From contig JBKPAF010000081.1 in assembly GCA_046726275.1 (NCBI GenBank), positions 857 through 64,856 of the forward strand: DNA of 64,000 nucleotides, written 5' to 3'. The notes beneath the pieces were generated by a model. That model saw only the letters and a program-made list of their open reading frames with translations, made no database searches and had not been told where the DNA came from. Position numbers and translations under genes: made by a program. Shown here one piece after another: positions 1 to 10,841 of this stretch (the stretch's first letter is position 1; each line of letters opens with the position of its first letter). The stretch comes from Actinomycetota bacterium (lineage in GTDB: Bacteria > Actinomycetota > UBA4738).

Positions 1-3000
1 CGCGCGCGAGCTCCCGGCGGCGAACCTCCGAGGCGTGGAACCCATGCACCGATGGCGTGGGACCATCCAGAACGGCCAGGTAGGTTACGACCAGCCGACC
101 TCGCTCGAAGCGCCACGACGTCGAGTGCACGGCGACTGGGTGCACTCCATACGCGGCCAAGGCTGACACGACGGCGTCGCCCGGATGCGCGGAGCCGTCC
201 CCATCCACCTGGAGGGAGGGCCCCGGTGCGGGGCGAAGCCACCAGATCTCACCGTCTTTCAGGTACACAGGCAGGATCTCGATTACCGTCCGAGAACGAT
301 CCTCGGCCCCGGCCACCTGTTGGATGGCCCCGGCCAGGCGGGCGGCCACGTCGCCTTTTTCCGAATGCTCGGCCGTGTTGGCGATCATGGCCAGCCGATC
401 GTTCAACAGCGTCAGCATCTGGCCGGCGACGGTCGGTTCCGCTTTGAGCAGACGAAGGAACCCCTCCCGCCCGAACTCGAAGACGACGGTCGGACCTTCC
501 GCCACCGCGTCCGCCGTACGGGGCCCCCTATCCAGCAATCCCAGCTCCCCGAAGACCTCGCCGGGACCCATCCGGCCCAGGAGCACCTCGGTTCCACCCT
601 CGGTCGAGGAAGCGACCCGGACTGTGCCTCGCACGACGATGTACACGCTGGTGCCCCCACCACCCCGGCCGAAGATCACCTCGCCATCCTCGAACGACCG
701 CTCCACGGGCGGCTCCATCGCCTCGAGGCTCGCCGCCCCCAGGCCAGAGAGAGGCCCGGCCACCGAATCGAGCAGGGGGGCCACGTCGGGCCTGGCCACG
801 AACGAGGACCGGTGGGCCTCGTCCTCGAGCCCGTCGGCCATCGCTCTCAGGATCGCGGCGGCCCGGGCACGCTCGATCTCAGCATCCCAGAGCTTGCCCG
901 CCACGGAGAGCGCTCTCGACGCGATGGCGGCGGCTCGCCATTCGAGCATCCGCTCACCGGTCGACCGAGCCTTCTCCTCGAGCGCTCGTGCTCTGGCCAG
1001 GATCCCTTCCCACTCACCTTCGAGCGCGCCCGCGGCGACCCGCGCGTACTCGGCCCAATTGACGAGGAGCGGACTCTCCCCGGCGGCGAGCGGACCCAAC
1101 CGCTCCGCAACCGCACGAAGTTCTTCCGCGTCCCCCGCCTCCTCCCACGCGAGGACCTCCACCTGCCCGTTCTGCAATCGATCGAGGAGCACATCGTCGG
1201 ACCTCTCGCGCCCTTCCCTGAATAGGTCGAGGGCTCGAGCCTTCTCTCCCCGATGGACCGCGACCCATCCGGCCATCGTGAACACCCGGGGGAGACCGAA
1301 CTTGCTCTTCAGCCGGTCGGCGATGGCGAAGCATTCGCGGAGCTCCGCCTCGACTAGGTCGAAACGGCGGAGCTCGGCCAGGAGGCCAGATCCGAAGCTC
1401 CGGATGGCCAGCTCGAGGCGTGGCGTTCGGAGCTCGACCGCGATCCGGGTGGCTTCCTCCATGTCGACGAGGGCGGGGCCCAACTCTCCCGCGGGATACC
1501 TGGCGATCGCCCGGCCGAGGGCGAATCCTTCGTCGCGTCGATTCCCGACCTCCCGGCAGCCCTCCACGGCTTCATCGAATGCCTCGAGCGCTTCGGGGAG
1601 GCGTCCCTTGTAGTACAGCGTGTACCCGACCATGTAGAGGTTGTGATAGACCATCGGGCGCTGCCCGAGGGACCGGAACAGCTCGTCGGCTCGCCTGCCT
1701 TCGGCCAGGGCCTGGTCCAGCGGGCCCAGGAAGTACTTCGTCTCGCACAGCCCGTGCCGGGCCAGCGCTTCTCCCGCAGGGTCCCCTCCCTCTTGAGCAA
1801 CGCGGAGAGCCTCCTCGTGCATCGGCAGGGCTTCCCTGTACCGACCTCCGCCGAACTTCAACGTCCCTGCCGTATAGAGGAGACGGGCGAGTAGATGCCT
1901 GTCCCCTACCGACCTGGCCTTGTCCAGGGCGTCGGCCAGGATCAGCTCGCCCTCCTCGAACCGGTCCTGGAGCCAGTGGAGATGAGCAAGCGCCCCCAAC
2001 GACTGGGCCTCCAGTTGGCCGTGGCCGGCGGCTCGAGCGTCCGCGAGCGCCCGTTCGTAATCGGCCTGAGCCTCGACGAACTGACCGAGGAGCTCCCTGG
2101 CCTCGCCTCGGGACAGGGCAATCTCCGCCAGCAAGGCGTGGTCGGTCGGCCCAGGGCTGCTCTCCGCCGCCCGGAGCGCTCGGTCGTATCGCTGGATGGC
2201 CTCATGAGTGGCGAAGAGTCGCCGGCTTCGGTGGCCGGCGAGCAGGGAATACCTGGCCGTCTTCGGGATGTCGCCCGCCTGCTCGGCGTGGAACGCCAGG
2301 ATCTCGGCGAACTCCTCGTCGCGGCCGGCCATCTTCTCCTCGACCCAGGAGAGCGCCTCGGCGTGGGCGGCCGCCCGCCGAGTCTTCGGTATGCTCGCGT
2401 ACGCCACGTCGCGGGTGAGGATGTGGTTGAAGATAAGCTCCCGCTCACCTTCGACCACCGATGTGTCTCTCTGCCAGACCAATCCCTTGTGCACGAGGAC
2501 GTCGATCGTCGACGTAGCGCCCGGGGAACCGAGGCGCGCGAGCGCGCCCGGCCAGAAGATCCGACCCACCACGGCAGCGTCCTGAAGGATCCGTTTCTCC
2601 TGGATCGGAAGCATGTCGATGCGCGAGGCGATCACGCCCTGCACGGTGTCGGGCAGGCTCGCTGGGATCGGGCGCTCCAGGATCCACTCCCCGTTCGACC
2701 TGACCAGAGATCCCGCATCGACCACCATCCGCAGGAGTTCCTGGGCGTAGAAGGGATTCCCCTCGGCCCGGGCGAGTAGTGGCTGGATGGCCTCGTCCGG
2801 AGCGGGAAGCTCGTCGAGGAGGTGGCGGATCATGTGCTCGCCGTCCTCGGAGGAAAGCGGTGAGAGGGACACGGTGGTGGAGCTGCGCAGCCCGCCACCC
2901 CACCCCGGCCGCCGTTCCACCAGGTCAGGCCGGGCCATGGCCACGAACATCACCCGGCTGGTCACCCGCCCGGCGAGGTATTCCACGAGATCCAGGAGGC

Positions 3001-4339
3001 CCGCGTCGGCCCAGTGAAGGTCCTCCAGGAGGGCCAGCACGGGTTGGTCGGAAGCCAACGAGTCGAAGTAGGCCTTCCACGATCGGGCGATGAGTTCCTT
3101 CGCCGCCGAAGGTTCTGCACCGACCAAAGGGTCGGTGGGAACGGGGACCCCGACCGAGGAGAGGAGCACCTGGACTGTTCCGGTGTGCTCGGACACCTCG
3201 AACCTCCCCAAGAAGGCTCTGGCCGCCTTCTCCAAGATGGCCTCCGGTTGGTCGCTGTCCAGGATCCCCGCGTCGGCCTTGAGGATCTCCGCCATCGGCC
3301 AGTAGGTCAGGCCTTCCCCGTAGGGGAGGCACCGTCCCCGAACGATCCGGACCGGGCGGGAAGCCAGCGTCCGCTGGGCGAACTCATGAGCGAGCCGGCT
3401 CTTGCCGATGCCGGCCGGGCCGACCACGGTGACCAGGCTGGCCCCGCCCTCTCGCAGCGTGCGGGAAAGGAGGAGCTCGAGCAGCTCCAGCTCGCTATCT
3501 CGTCCCACCATGGGGACCGCCCCGATCGCGCCCGGACGGGGCTCTGGGGCGGCCGTGGAATCGAGCTCCCCGGTCACCTGCCAGGCGGGCAGCGGCCGAT
3601 CGATCCCCTTGACCGGAACCTCGCCCAACGACCGGTAGCCTATTGCGTGCCGTGTGTCGCGGTAGGTCCTCTCGCCTACCACGATCTCTCCGGACGGGGC
3701 GAGCGCCTGGAACCGGGCCGCGACGTTGACGGGCTCCCCGGTCACCAGGTTCTCCCTGTCCACGCCTGTCGCTGTCACGACCTCTCCGGTGTTCAGCCCG
3801 ATGCGCATCCCGAGCTCGACCTCGGTCGATTCACCGGCGTCCGCGTTGAGCGCGGCGAGGCGCCGCTGCATGGCCAGGGCGGTGCGCACGGCACGCTCCG
3901 GATCGTCCTCGTGGGCCGCCGGGACTCCGAACACCGCGACGACGGCATCCCCGATGAACTTCTCCACGGTCCCATCGTGGCGCTCGATCTCTTCCACCAT
4001 CGCCTGGAAGAACCGGCGCAGGACGACCCTCAAGTCCTCGGGATCGAGACGGGCGGCGAGCTCGGTCGAGGCCGTCAGGTCGGCGAACAACACCGTGACG
4101 ACCTTTCGTTCCTCCAACTCGGTATCGGGGCCCGCCTCACCGCCATCCTGTGGCGCACCACAGACCCCGCAGAAGCGGAACTGGGAAGGCACCTCGGCCC
4201 CGCACGAAGCGCAGACCTTGCCGAGGCTGGCGCCGCACGCGCCGCAGAACCGGAAGCCCGGAGGGTTGACTCTGCCGCAGACGGGGCACGGCGCTTGCAC
4301 GGAGTCCACCAGCGACCAGTCGCCCTCGGAACCACTCAT
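1..4339 (-). CDS. Multidomain signalling protein, partial (C-terminus beyond the window edge). Domain order: double zinc ribbon, class III adenylate/guanylate cyclase, P-loop STAND/AAA ATPase, TPR-like repeats, cyclic-nucleotide-binding domain, unassigned C-terminal region.
   Basis: Not in the ORF track because it has no stop in the window. My manual minus-strand translation from the ATG (top-strand cat at 4337-4339) stays open to position 2, about 1446 codons. No other minus-strand track ORF between 1 and 4339 uses this frame. Motifs in order: CPVCGRVNPPGFRFCGACGA...CASCGAEVPSQFRFCGVCGA; VLFADLTASTEL, KFIGDAVVAVFG, RIGLNTGEVV, VNVAARF (cyclase); GPAGIGKSRLA and LEDLHWAD (NTPase); long helical repeat region; VYIVVRGTVRV...FGELGLLDRGPRTADAVA (cNMP binding). 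Confidence 0.85.
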   Translation of the reverse strand, partial: MSGSEGDWSLVDSVQAPCPVCGRVNPPGFRFCGACGASLGKVCASCGAEVPSQFRFCGVCGAPQDGGEAGPDTELEERKVVTVLFADLTASTELAARLDPEDLRVVLRRFFQAMVEEIERHDGTVEKFIGDAVVAVFGVPAAHEDDPERAVRTALAMQRRLAALNADAGESTEVELGMRIGLNTGEVVTATGVDRENLVTGEPVNVAARFQALAPSGEIVVGERTYRDTRHAIGYRSLGEVPVKGIDRPLPAWQVTGELDSTAAPEPRPGAIGAVPMVGRDSELELLELLLSRTLREGGASLVTVVGPAGIGKSRLAHEFAQRTLASRPVRIVRGRCLPYGEGLTYWPMAEILKADAGILDSDQPEAILEKAARAFLGRFEVSEHTGTVQVLLSSVGVPVPTDPLVGAEPSAAKELIARSWKAYFDSLASDQPVLALLEDLHWADAGLLDLVEYLAGRVTSRVMFVAMARPDLVERRPGWGGGLRSSTTVSLSPLSSEDGEHMIRHLLDELPAPDEAIQPLLARAEGNPFYAQELLRMVVDAGSLVRSNGEWILERPIPASLPDTVQGVIASRIDMLPIQEKRILQDAAVVGRIFWPGALARLGSPGATSTIDVLVHKGLVWQRDTSVVEGERELIFNHILTRDVAYASIPKTRRAAAHAEALSWVEEKMAGRDEEFAEILAFHAEQAGDIPKTARYSLLAGHRSRRLFATHEAIQRYDRALRAAESSPGPTDHALLAEIALSRGEARELLGQFVEAQADYERALADARAAGHGQLEAQSLGALAHLHWLQDRFEEGELILADALDKARSVGDRHLLARLLYTAGTLKFGGGRYREALPMHEEALRVAQEGGDPAGEALARHGLCETKYFLGPLDQALAEGRRADELFRSLGQRPMVYHNLYMVGYTLYYKGRLPEALEAFDEAVEGCREVGNRRDEGFALGRAIARYPAGELGPALVDMEEATRIAVELRTPRLELAIRSFGSGLLAELRRFDLVEAELRECFAIADRLKSKFGLPRVFTMAGWVAVHRGEKARALDLFREGRERSDDVLLDRLQNGQVEVLAWEEAGDAEELRAVAERLGPLAAGESPLLVNWAEYARVAAGALEGEWEGILARARALEEKARSTGERMLEWRAAAIASRALSVAGKLWDAEIERARAAAILRAMADGLEDEAHRSSFVARPDVAPLLDSVAGPLSGLGAASLEAMEPPVERSFEDGEVIFGRGGGGTSVYIVVRGTVRVASSTEGGTEVLLGRMGPGEVFGELGLLDRGPRTADAVAEGPTVVFEFGREGFLRLLKAEPTVAGQMLTLLNDRLAMIANTAEHSEKGDVAARLAGAIQQVAGAEDRSRTVIEILPVYLKDGEIWWLRPAPGPSLQVDGDGSAHPGDAVVSALAAYGVHPVAVHSTSWRFERGRLVVTYLAVLDGPTPSVHGFHASEVRRRELAR

Positions 4340-4412
4340 CTTTAGTCAGATCCTCGACCCAACCCGGCGAGCACCACCTGATTCTCCGACCCGCATCGGG
4401 ACTTCGACAAGA

Positions 4413-4441
4413 GAAGAGGGGCCCGGGTGGGGCCCCTCTTC
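4413..4441 (-). terminator. Candidate rho-independent terminator downstream of groEL
   Basis: 12-bp perfect stem (gaagaggggccc at 4413-4424 pairs with gggcccctcttc at 4430-4441) with a 5-nt loop. On the minus strand it is followed by TCTTGT. It begins 26 nt after the groEL stop codon. Confidence 0.5.
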
Positions 4442-4466
4442 CGGTGCTTCGGCGACAGGTTCGCCT

Positions 4467-6107
<1,641 letters not shown>

Positions 6108-6407
6108 CTATTTGGTGACGACGGCGAGGACGTCGCGAGCGGAGAGGATCAGGTATTCCTCCCCCTCGATCTTGACCTCGGTGCCGCCGTACTTCGAGTA
6201 GATGACCTTGTCCCCCACTTTGACATCCATGGGGATGCGCTGCCCATCCTCGAACCGGCCTGGGCCCACCGCAATGACCTCGCCTTCCTGAGGCCGCTCC
6301 TTGGCCGTATCGGGGATCACGATGCCGGAGGCTGTGGTCTCCTCCTCTTCGCTGGGCCTGACCACGACCCGGTCTTCCAGCGGCTGCAGACTGAACTTTC
6401 CGGCCAT
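6108..6407 (-). CDS. groES: Co-chaperonin GroES (Cpn10)
   Basis: 99-aa ORF: [57 protein letters not shown] precedes the ATG. Confidence 0.98.
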   Translation of the reverse strand: MAGKFSLQPLEDRVVVRPSEEEETTASGIVIPDTAKERPQEGEVIAVGPGRFEDGQRIPMDVKVGDKVIYSKYGGTEVKIEGEEYLILSARDVLAVVTK

Positions 6408-6426
6408 TCCCTCCTCCTTCGCCGAC

Positions 6427-6453
6427 TTAGCACTCTCCGCTTCTGAGTGCTAA
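6427..6453 (-). promoter_or_regulatory. CIRCE operator (HrcA binding site)
   Basis: Perfect match to TTAGCACTC-N9-GAGTGCTAA (ttagcactc tccgcttct gagtgctaa), 20 nt upstream of the groES start. Confidence 0.9.
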
Positions 6454-6454
6454 C

Positions 6455-6484
6455 AGTCTAGCCACCCGGCCGCCAACCAGTCAA
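6455..6484 (-). promoter_or_regulatory. Candidate sigma-A type promoter of groES-groEL
   Basis: Minus strand reads TTGACT-N18-TAGACT, with the -10 element directly adjacent to CIRCE. Confidence 0.55.
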
Positions 6485-6545
6485 CGGGAGTCCAGGGGGT
6501 AGCAGCAACGAGCCAGCGATGCGGGCGGAAGGGCGCTCCGGCTGC

Positions 6546-7565
6546 TCAGGTTCGGGCTGGTCCGTCCCTTCCCGCAGGCTTGGTGAGGCGGATCATCAGC
6601 CGGCCGATGGCGTTCGACTGGGACTCGGCGATCCAGATGTTGTCATCCGGACCGGTGGTGATCCCGATCGGGTACGAGCCGTCGTCGACCAGGAAGATCA
6701 GGCCCCCGCCGGGCCGCATGACGCCCACCCTCCCCACGTCGTTCTGCGTGAACCAGATCATCCCGTCGGCCCCTTCGGTCACCCCAGCGATCCCCGTTCC
6801 GTCCGAAGGGATCGGGAACTCCGTGATCTCCCCGTTGGCCTGGACCTTGCCGATCTTGTTGTCCCCCGCAAGAGCGGTCCACCAGACCTCGCCGTTCTTG
6901 GCGGTCGTGATGCCGTAGAGCAACTGGGCCGTGGGTGGGGTGAAGTATTCGACGTCGCCGTTGGTGCTCATCGCGCCGATCTGGCCCGGGAGCTCCTCGG
7001 TGAACCACAGCCGCCCGTCGCTTCCGGTCGTGATGAAGGTGGGGAAGCAGCAATTCTGGGTCAAGAACTCCGTGATCTGTCCGTTCACGGTGATGCGTCC
7101 GATCTGGTCGACGTCCTCTTCGGTGAACCACAGCGCGCCGTCGGGACCCACGGTGATCCCCCACGGCTGGCTCCGGGGAGTGGGGACCTCATACTCGGCG
7201 AGGAGCTGGCCGGCGGTGCTGAACTTGGCGATCATGTTGGCGAATCGCTCGGTGAACCAGATGTTTCCGTCGGGGCCAACAGTGATGCCGTAGGGCCCGC
7301 TACCGGTACGGATGGGGTACTCCGTGATCTGCCCCGATGGCGTGATCCTGCCGATCTTGCCTGCGTCGGACATGGTGAACCACAGGTTCCCGTCCGGCCC
7401 GGCCACGATCTGATAGGGCCGGCTGGAGGGAGTCGGGATCGGGAACTCCTCGACCTTCAACGCACCTTGGGAGCGCGTTGGGCGAGGCGAGCCTTCGGCC
7501 GTCCCGGGTAGCACGGACAGGCAGAGCAATCCGATGAGGAAAGGGATCGAGCCGCGCGTTCGCAT
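6546..7565 (-). CDS. Secreted seven-bladed beta-propeller protein, virginiamycin B lyase (Vgb)-like repeat family
   Basis: Seven repeats of the type P(Y/W)GIT.GPDGN(I/L)WFTE. The start is trimmed to the internal ATG at 7565 (GGGGAGG upstream), giving the signal-like N-terminus MRTRGSIPFLIGLLCLSVLPGTAEG. The track ORF extends to 7637. Confidence 0.8.
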   Translation of the reverse strand: MRTRGSIPFLIGLLCLSVLPGTAEGSPRPTRSQGALKVEEFPIPTPSSRPYQIVAGPDGNLWFTMSDAGKIGRITPSGQITEYPIRTGSGPYGITVGPDGNIWFTERFANMIAKFSTAGQLLAEYEVPTPRSQPWGITVGPDGALWFTEEDVDQIGRITVNGQITEFLTQNCCFPTFITTGSDGRLWFTEELPGQIGAMSTNGDVEYFTPPTAQLLYGITTAKNGEVWWTALAGDNKIGKVQANGEITEFPIPSDGTGIAGVTEGADGMIWFTQNDVGRVGVMRPGGGLIFLVDDGSYPIGITTGPDDNIWIAESQSNAIGRLMIRLTKPAGRDGPART

Positions 7566-7646
7566 GGAGCCTCCCCTCGAACACCGGGCCCCGACGTGGA
7601 TTCGGGTCAGGCTAGGGCCCGCCGCCGAGTTGGTCAATCTGGAGTG

Positions 7647-8588
7647 TCAGGAGGACCCCCGCAGGTACGCGACGGTCTCGCGCAGCCCATCTTCCAGGTG
7701 CGTCCATGGCTTCCAGGCCAGGTGCCGTGCCGCCTTGGAATGGTCGAGAGCGCTCCGACGCACGTCGCCCGGCTGGGCCGGCCCGAACAGCGGCTCCCCC
7801 TTGAACCCCGTGACCTCCACGAGCATCCGGAACAGCTCGTTCATGCTGGTCTCCCGGCCCGTGCCGACGTTCATGGTCAGGCCCGAGCCGGCCTCCACGG
7901 CCAGGTTCAGCGCATTGACGGCGTCGTCGATGAACAGGAAGTCGCGGGTCTGCTCGCCGTCGCCCCGGATCTCCGGCTTCTCCCCGTGCAACATCTTTCC
8001 GGCGAAGCGGGTCACCACGCCGAACCGGGTCTCCGGATCCTGGCGTGGTCCGAAGACGTTCGGGAGAACGATCGTGGTGAAGTCCAGGCCGCGGGAGCTC
8101 CGGTAGAAGCGAAGGTAATCCTCCGCAACTCGCTTGGAGATGGCGGCAGGCGTGAGGGGCTTCGCCGCGGGCATCCACGACTCCTTGATCGGAATGCTCC
8201 GAGGTTCGCCGTACATCGACGCAGAGGACGTGAAGACGACCTTGCCAACCCCGGCGGCGACGGAAGACTCCAACACGGCAAGGAGACCCATCAGGGCCAC
8301 TCCGGCTTCGCTGGGAGCGTCGATGGCATCCTCGGCCTTTCCGCTTGCAGCGAGATGCATGACCACGTCCGGCCGGTGACGTTCGAACAGCGCGGGCATC
8401 CCATCCACGCGGATGTCCAGGCTGTAGAAGGTGAACCGATCCCCGTACGTGCGAGCCTCGCCGATGTTCGCCAAGCGGCCGGAGGAGAGGTCGTCGATCG
8501 CGACCACCGTGTGCGCCTGAGCCAGCAGACTGTCGCACAGGTGAGACCCGATGAACCCCGCTCCGCCCGTAACCAGGACGGTGCTCAT
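7647..8588 (-). CDS. NAD-dependent epimerase/dehydratase family protein (extended SDR fold)
   Basis: N-terminal Rossmann motif VLVTGGAGFIGSHL and overall GalE-like layout. The expected YxxxK motif reads AAISK (see findings). Confidence 0.85.
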   Translation of the reverse strand: MSTVLVTGGAGFIGSHLCDSLLAQAHTVVAIDDLSSGRLANIGEARTYGDRFTFYSLDIRVDGMPALFERHRPDVVMHLAASGKAEDAIDAPSEAGVALMGLLAVLESSVAAGVGKVVFTSSASMYGEPRSIPIKESWMPAAKPLTPAAISKRVAEDYLRFYRSSRGLDFTTIVLPNVFGPRQDPETRFGVVTRFAGKMLHGEKPEIRGDGEQTRDFLFIDDAVNALNLAVEAGSGLTMNVGTGRETSMNELFRMLVEVTGFKGEPLFGPAQPGDVRRSALDHSKAARHLAWKPWTHLEDGLRETVAYLRGSS

Positions 8589-8598
8589 GAGGGGAGCT

Positions 8599-9597
8599 TC
8601 ACAGCGGGAGGCTGGGGTTCGCGCCCACGTCGAGAGGAGTCCGATCGCCCCGGATGAGCCGGTGGTGGCCGGCGCAGGCGATCATGGCGGCATTGTCCGT
8701 ACACAGCTCCGGCGGAGGGATGAGGAGCTCCAGGCCATGTTGCTCGGCCCGTTCGGACATGAGCTCTCGCAGCCGGGTGTTCGCCACGACCCCGCCGCCG
8801 AGCACGATCTTCCTCACTCCTTTGTCGACGGCGGCGGAGATGGTCTTGTCGACCTGCACCTCGACCACGGCTTCCTGGAACGACGCGGCCACGTCTTCGA
8901 GCTTGGGCTCCTCGCCTCTCGCTCTCGCCGCCTTGAGGTACCGGACCACGGCCGTCTTCAATCCCGAGAGGGAGAAGTCGTAGCCTCGCTCCGTCGCCGC
9001 ACGAGGGAACCGGATCGCCGTTCGGTCGCCCGCGGTGGCGAGCCGGTCGAGGGCCGGACCGCCCGGGAATCCCAGGCCCAGGAGCCTGGCGACCTTGTCG
9101 TAGGCCTCGCCCGCCGCGTCGTCGAGGGTCTGGCCGAGGAGCTGGAAGTCGTAGGGCTCCGGCACGAACACGAGCATCGTGTGGCCCCCGGAGACCACGA
9201 AAGACACGTACGGCTCCTTCAGAGGTCCGCGCTCGAGGAAGTTCGCGTAGATGTGCCCCTCGAGGTGATTCACCCCGATCAACGGGACTCCCAGGGCCAG
9301 GGCCAACCCCTTCGCGGCAGCCAGGCCGACCAGGAGCGCACCGACCAGGCCGGGCCCCACCGTGACCGCCACCGCATCGATCGAGCCGAACGACGCCCCG
9401 GACTCGCGGAGGGCCAGCTCGAGCAGTGGATTGATGTTCTCCAGATGAGCCCGGGAGGCGATCTCTGGCACCACCCCCCCGAACCGGTCGTGGAGGTGCG
9501 CCTGGCTGGAGAGCAGGTTGGCCTGGATCTTCCGTCCGTCGTCGAGGATGGCGACGGCCGTCTCGTCACACGAGGTCTCGATCCCCAGGACGCGCAT
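8599..9597 (-). CDS. tsaD: tRNA N6-adenosine threonylcarbamoyltransferase TsaD
   Basis: MRVLGIETSCDETAVAIL...GVNHLEGHI...GGGVVANTRLRE. The start is trimmed to the ATG at 9597; the track ORF starts at 9720. Confidence 0.93.
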   Translation of the reverse strand: MRVLGIETSCDETAVAILDDGRKIQANLLSSQAHLHDRFGGVVPEIASRAHLENINPLLELALRESGASFGSIDAVAVTVGPGLVGALLVGLAAAKGLALALGVPLIGVNHLEGHIYANFLERGPLKEPYVSFVVSGGHTMLVFVPEPYDFQLLGQTLDDAAGEAYDKVARLLGLGFPGGPALDRLATAGDRTAIRFPRAATERGYDFSLSGLKTAVVRYLKAARARGEEPKLEDVAASFQEAVVEVQVDKTISAAVDKGVRKIVLGGGVVANTRLRELMSERAEQHGLELLIPPPELCTDNAAMIACAGHHRLIRGDRTPLDVGANPSLPL

Positions 9598-9619
9598 GGA
9601 TCCGGCCCCGGTTCCTAGC

Positions 9620-10174
9620 TCAGCTGGGCTGGATGCCGAACGGGACCTGCTCGATGATCCGATCGAGCCGACCCCGGTAGTCGGGAGAACGGATGCCGTC
9701 GACCCACATGACGACAGCATCCTCGCCGGTCTCCTGGTAGTAGTTCTTGCGGATCCCCACCGGTCGGAACCCGAATCTACTGTACAGTCGCTGGGCTCCC
9801 CAGTTCGACACCCGCACCTCCAGTGAGACCGCCCGGGCTCCCATCCGGATCGCCTCCCGGACCAGCTCGAACAGGATGCGCGTCCCGATCTTCCGCCGGT
9901 GGTGGTCGGGGTCCACGGCGATGGTTGTCACGTGGGCTTCGTCTCCGTAGCACATGATGCCGCCGTAGCCGACCACTTCCCTGTTGATCCGGGCGACCAG
10001 GTACATGCGGTTCCGAAGCTCGTTCATCTCCGAGAGGAACAGGTTGGGACTCCACGGACGGGGGTAGACCTGGCGCTCGATCGCCATGACGCCCTTGAGA
10101 TGGCGTCGGCGCATTCGGCCTATCTCGAGCTCAACCGGCTCGTCGACGGTGGTCCCAAGCGATCTCCGCATCAC
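9620..10174 (-). CDS. rimI: Ribosomal-protein-alanine N-acetyltransferase (GNAT)
   Basis: GNAT motifs (VTTIAVDPDHHRRKIGTRIL, LEVRVSNWGAQRLYSRFGF) and the conserved position between tsaB and tsaD. The start is uncertain; it overlaps tsaB by 44 nt. Confidence 0.8.
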   Translation of the reverse strand: MMRRSLGTTVDEPVELEIGRMRRRHLKGVMAIERQVYPRPWSPNLFLSEMNELRNRMYLVARINREVVGYGGIMCYGDEAHVTTIAVDPDHHRRKIGTRILFELVREAIRMGARAVSLEVRVSNWGAQRLYSRFGFRPVGIRKNYYQETGEDAVVMWVDGIRSPDYRGRLDRIIEQVPFGIQPS

Positions 10175-10835
10175 TCTTCCTCACGTAGAACGGCTGGACG
10201 TCAAACAGCCGGTCGTACTCCTCCCGCGAGAACCGCGGGATCGCCAGCTCGACCAGCGCGGTGGCCGCGGGAAACGAATAGGCGGCCGAGGCGAACTCCA
10301 CGTGGCTGCCCGCCTCTTCCAGCTGTCGACGGTACACGAGCGCGCCGTTGCCGACCAGCAGGACATCCTCCGGTCTGGCCTCCAGCTCGGCGGCCAGGTG
10401 GGCCGGGGTCCCCACCAGGAACTCCGTCTCCCGGGATACGCCGCCCGGAACCGGGCGGTAGAACGCGAAGAAGACCTCCGACCTCTTGGCGTCGATCACC
10501 GCGCAGATCGATCGGCGACAGTACCGGACGGAGAACGCCACCACGTCCAGCGAGGCCAGCCCGACGATCGGAATCGAGAGCACCTGGGCCAGGGATTTGG
10601 CCGTGGCGATCCCCACCCGCATCCCCGTGAAGAGGCCGGGACCCAGCCCGACGGCGATCCCACCGAGCGACGACAGCGGGACCTCCGACCACTGCAGCAG
10701 GTGCGTGATCGCCGGCATGACCGTCTCGTCCCCGGGACGGCCCATGGAGAGAACGGTCCCCGCGATGATGCCTTGCTCCGTGCCGAGGGCAACCGCCGTC
10801 TGAGGGGTGGAGGTCTCGATCCCCAGCACCAGCAT
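10131..10835 (-). CDS. tsaB: tRNA threonylcarbamoyladenosine biosynthesis protein TsaB
   Basis: MLVLGIETSTPQTAVALG..., a Kae1-like inactive paralog in the tsaE-tsaB-rimI-tsaD context. Confidence 0.88.
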   Translation of the reverse strand: MLVLGIETSTPQTAVALGTEQGIIAGTVLSMGRPGDETVMPAITHLLQWSEVPLSSLGGIAVGLGPGLFTGMRVGIATAKSLAQVLSIPIVGLASLDVVAFSVRYCRRSICAVIDAKRSEVFFAFYRPVPGGVSRETEFLVGTPAHLAAELEARPEDVLLVGNGALVYRRQLEEAGSHVEFASAAYSFPAATALVELAIPRFSREEYDRLFDVQPFYVRKSDAEIAWDHRRRAG

Positions 10836-10841
10836 GTCGTC

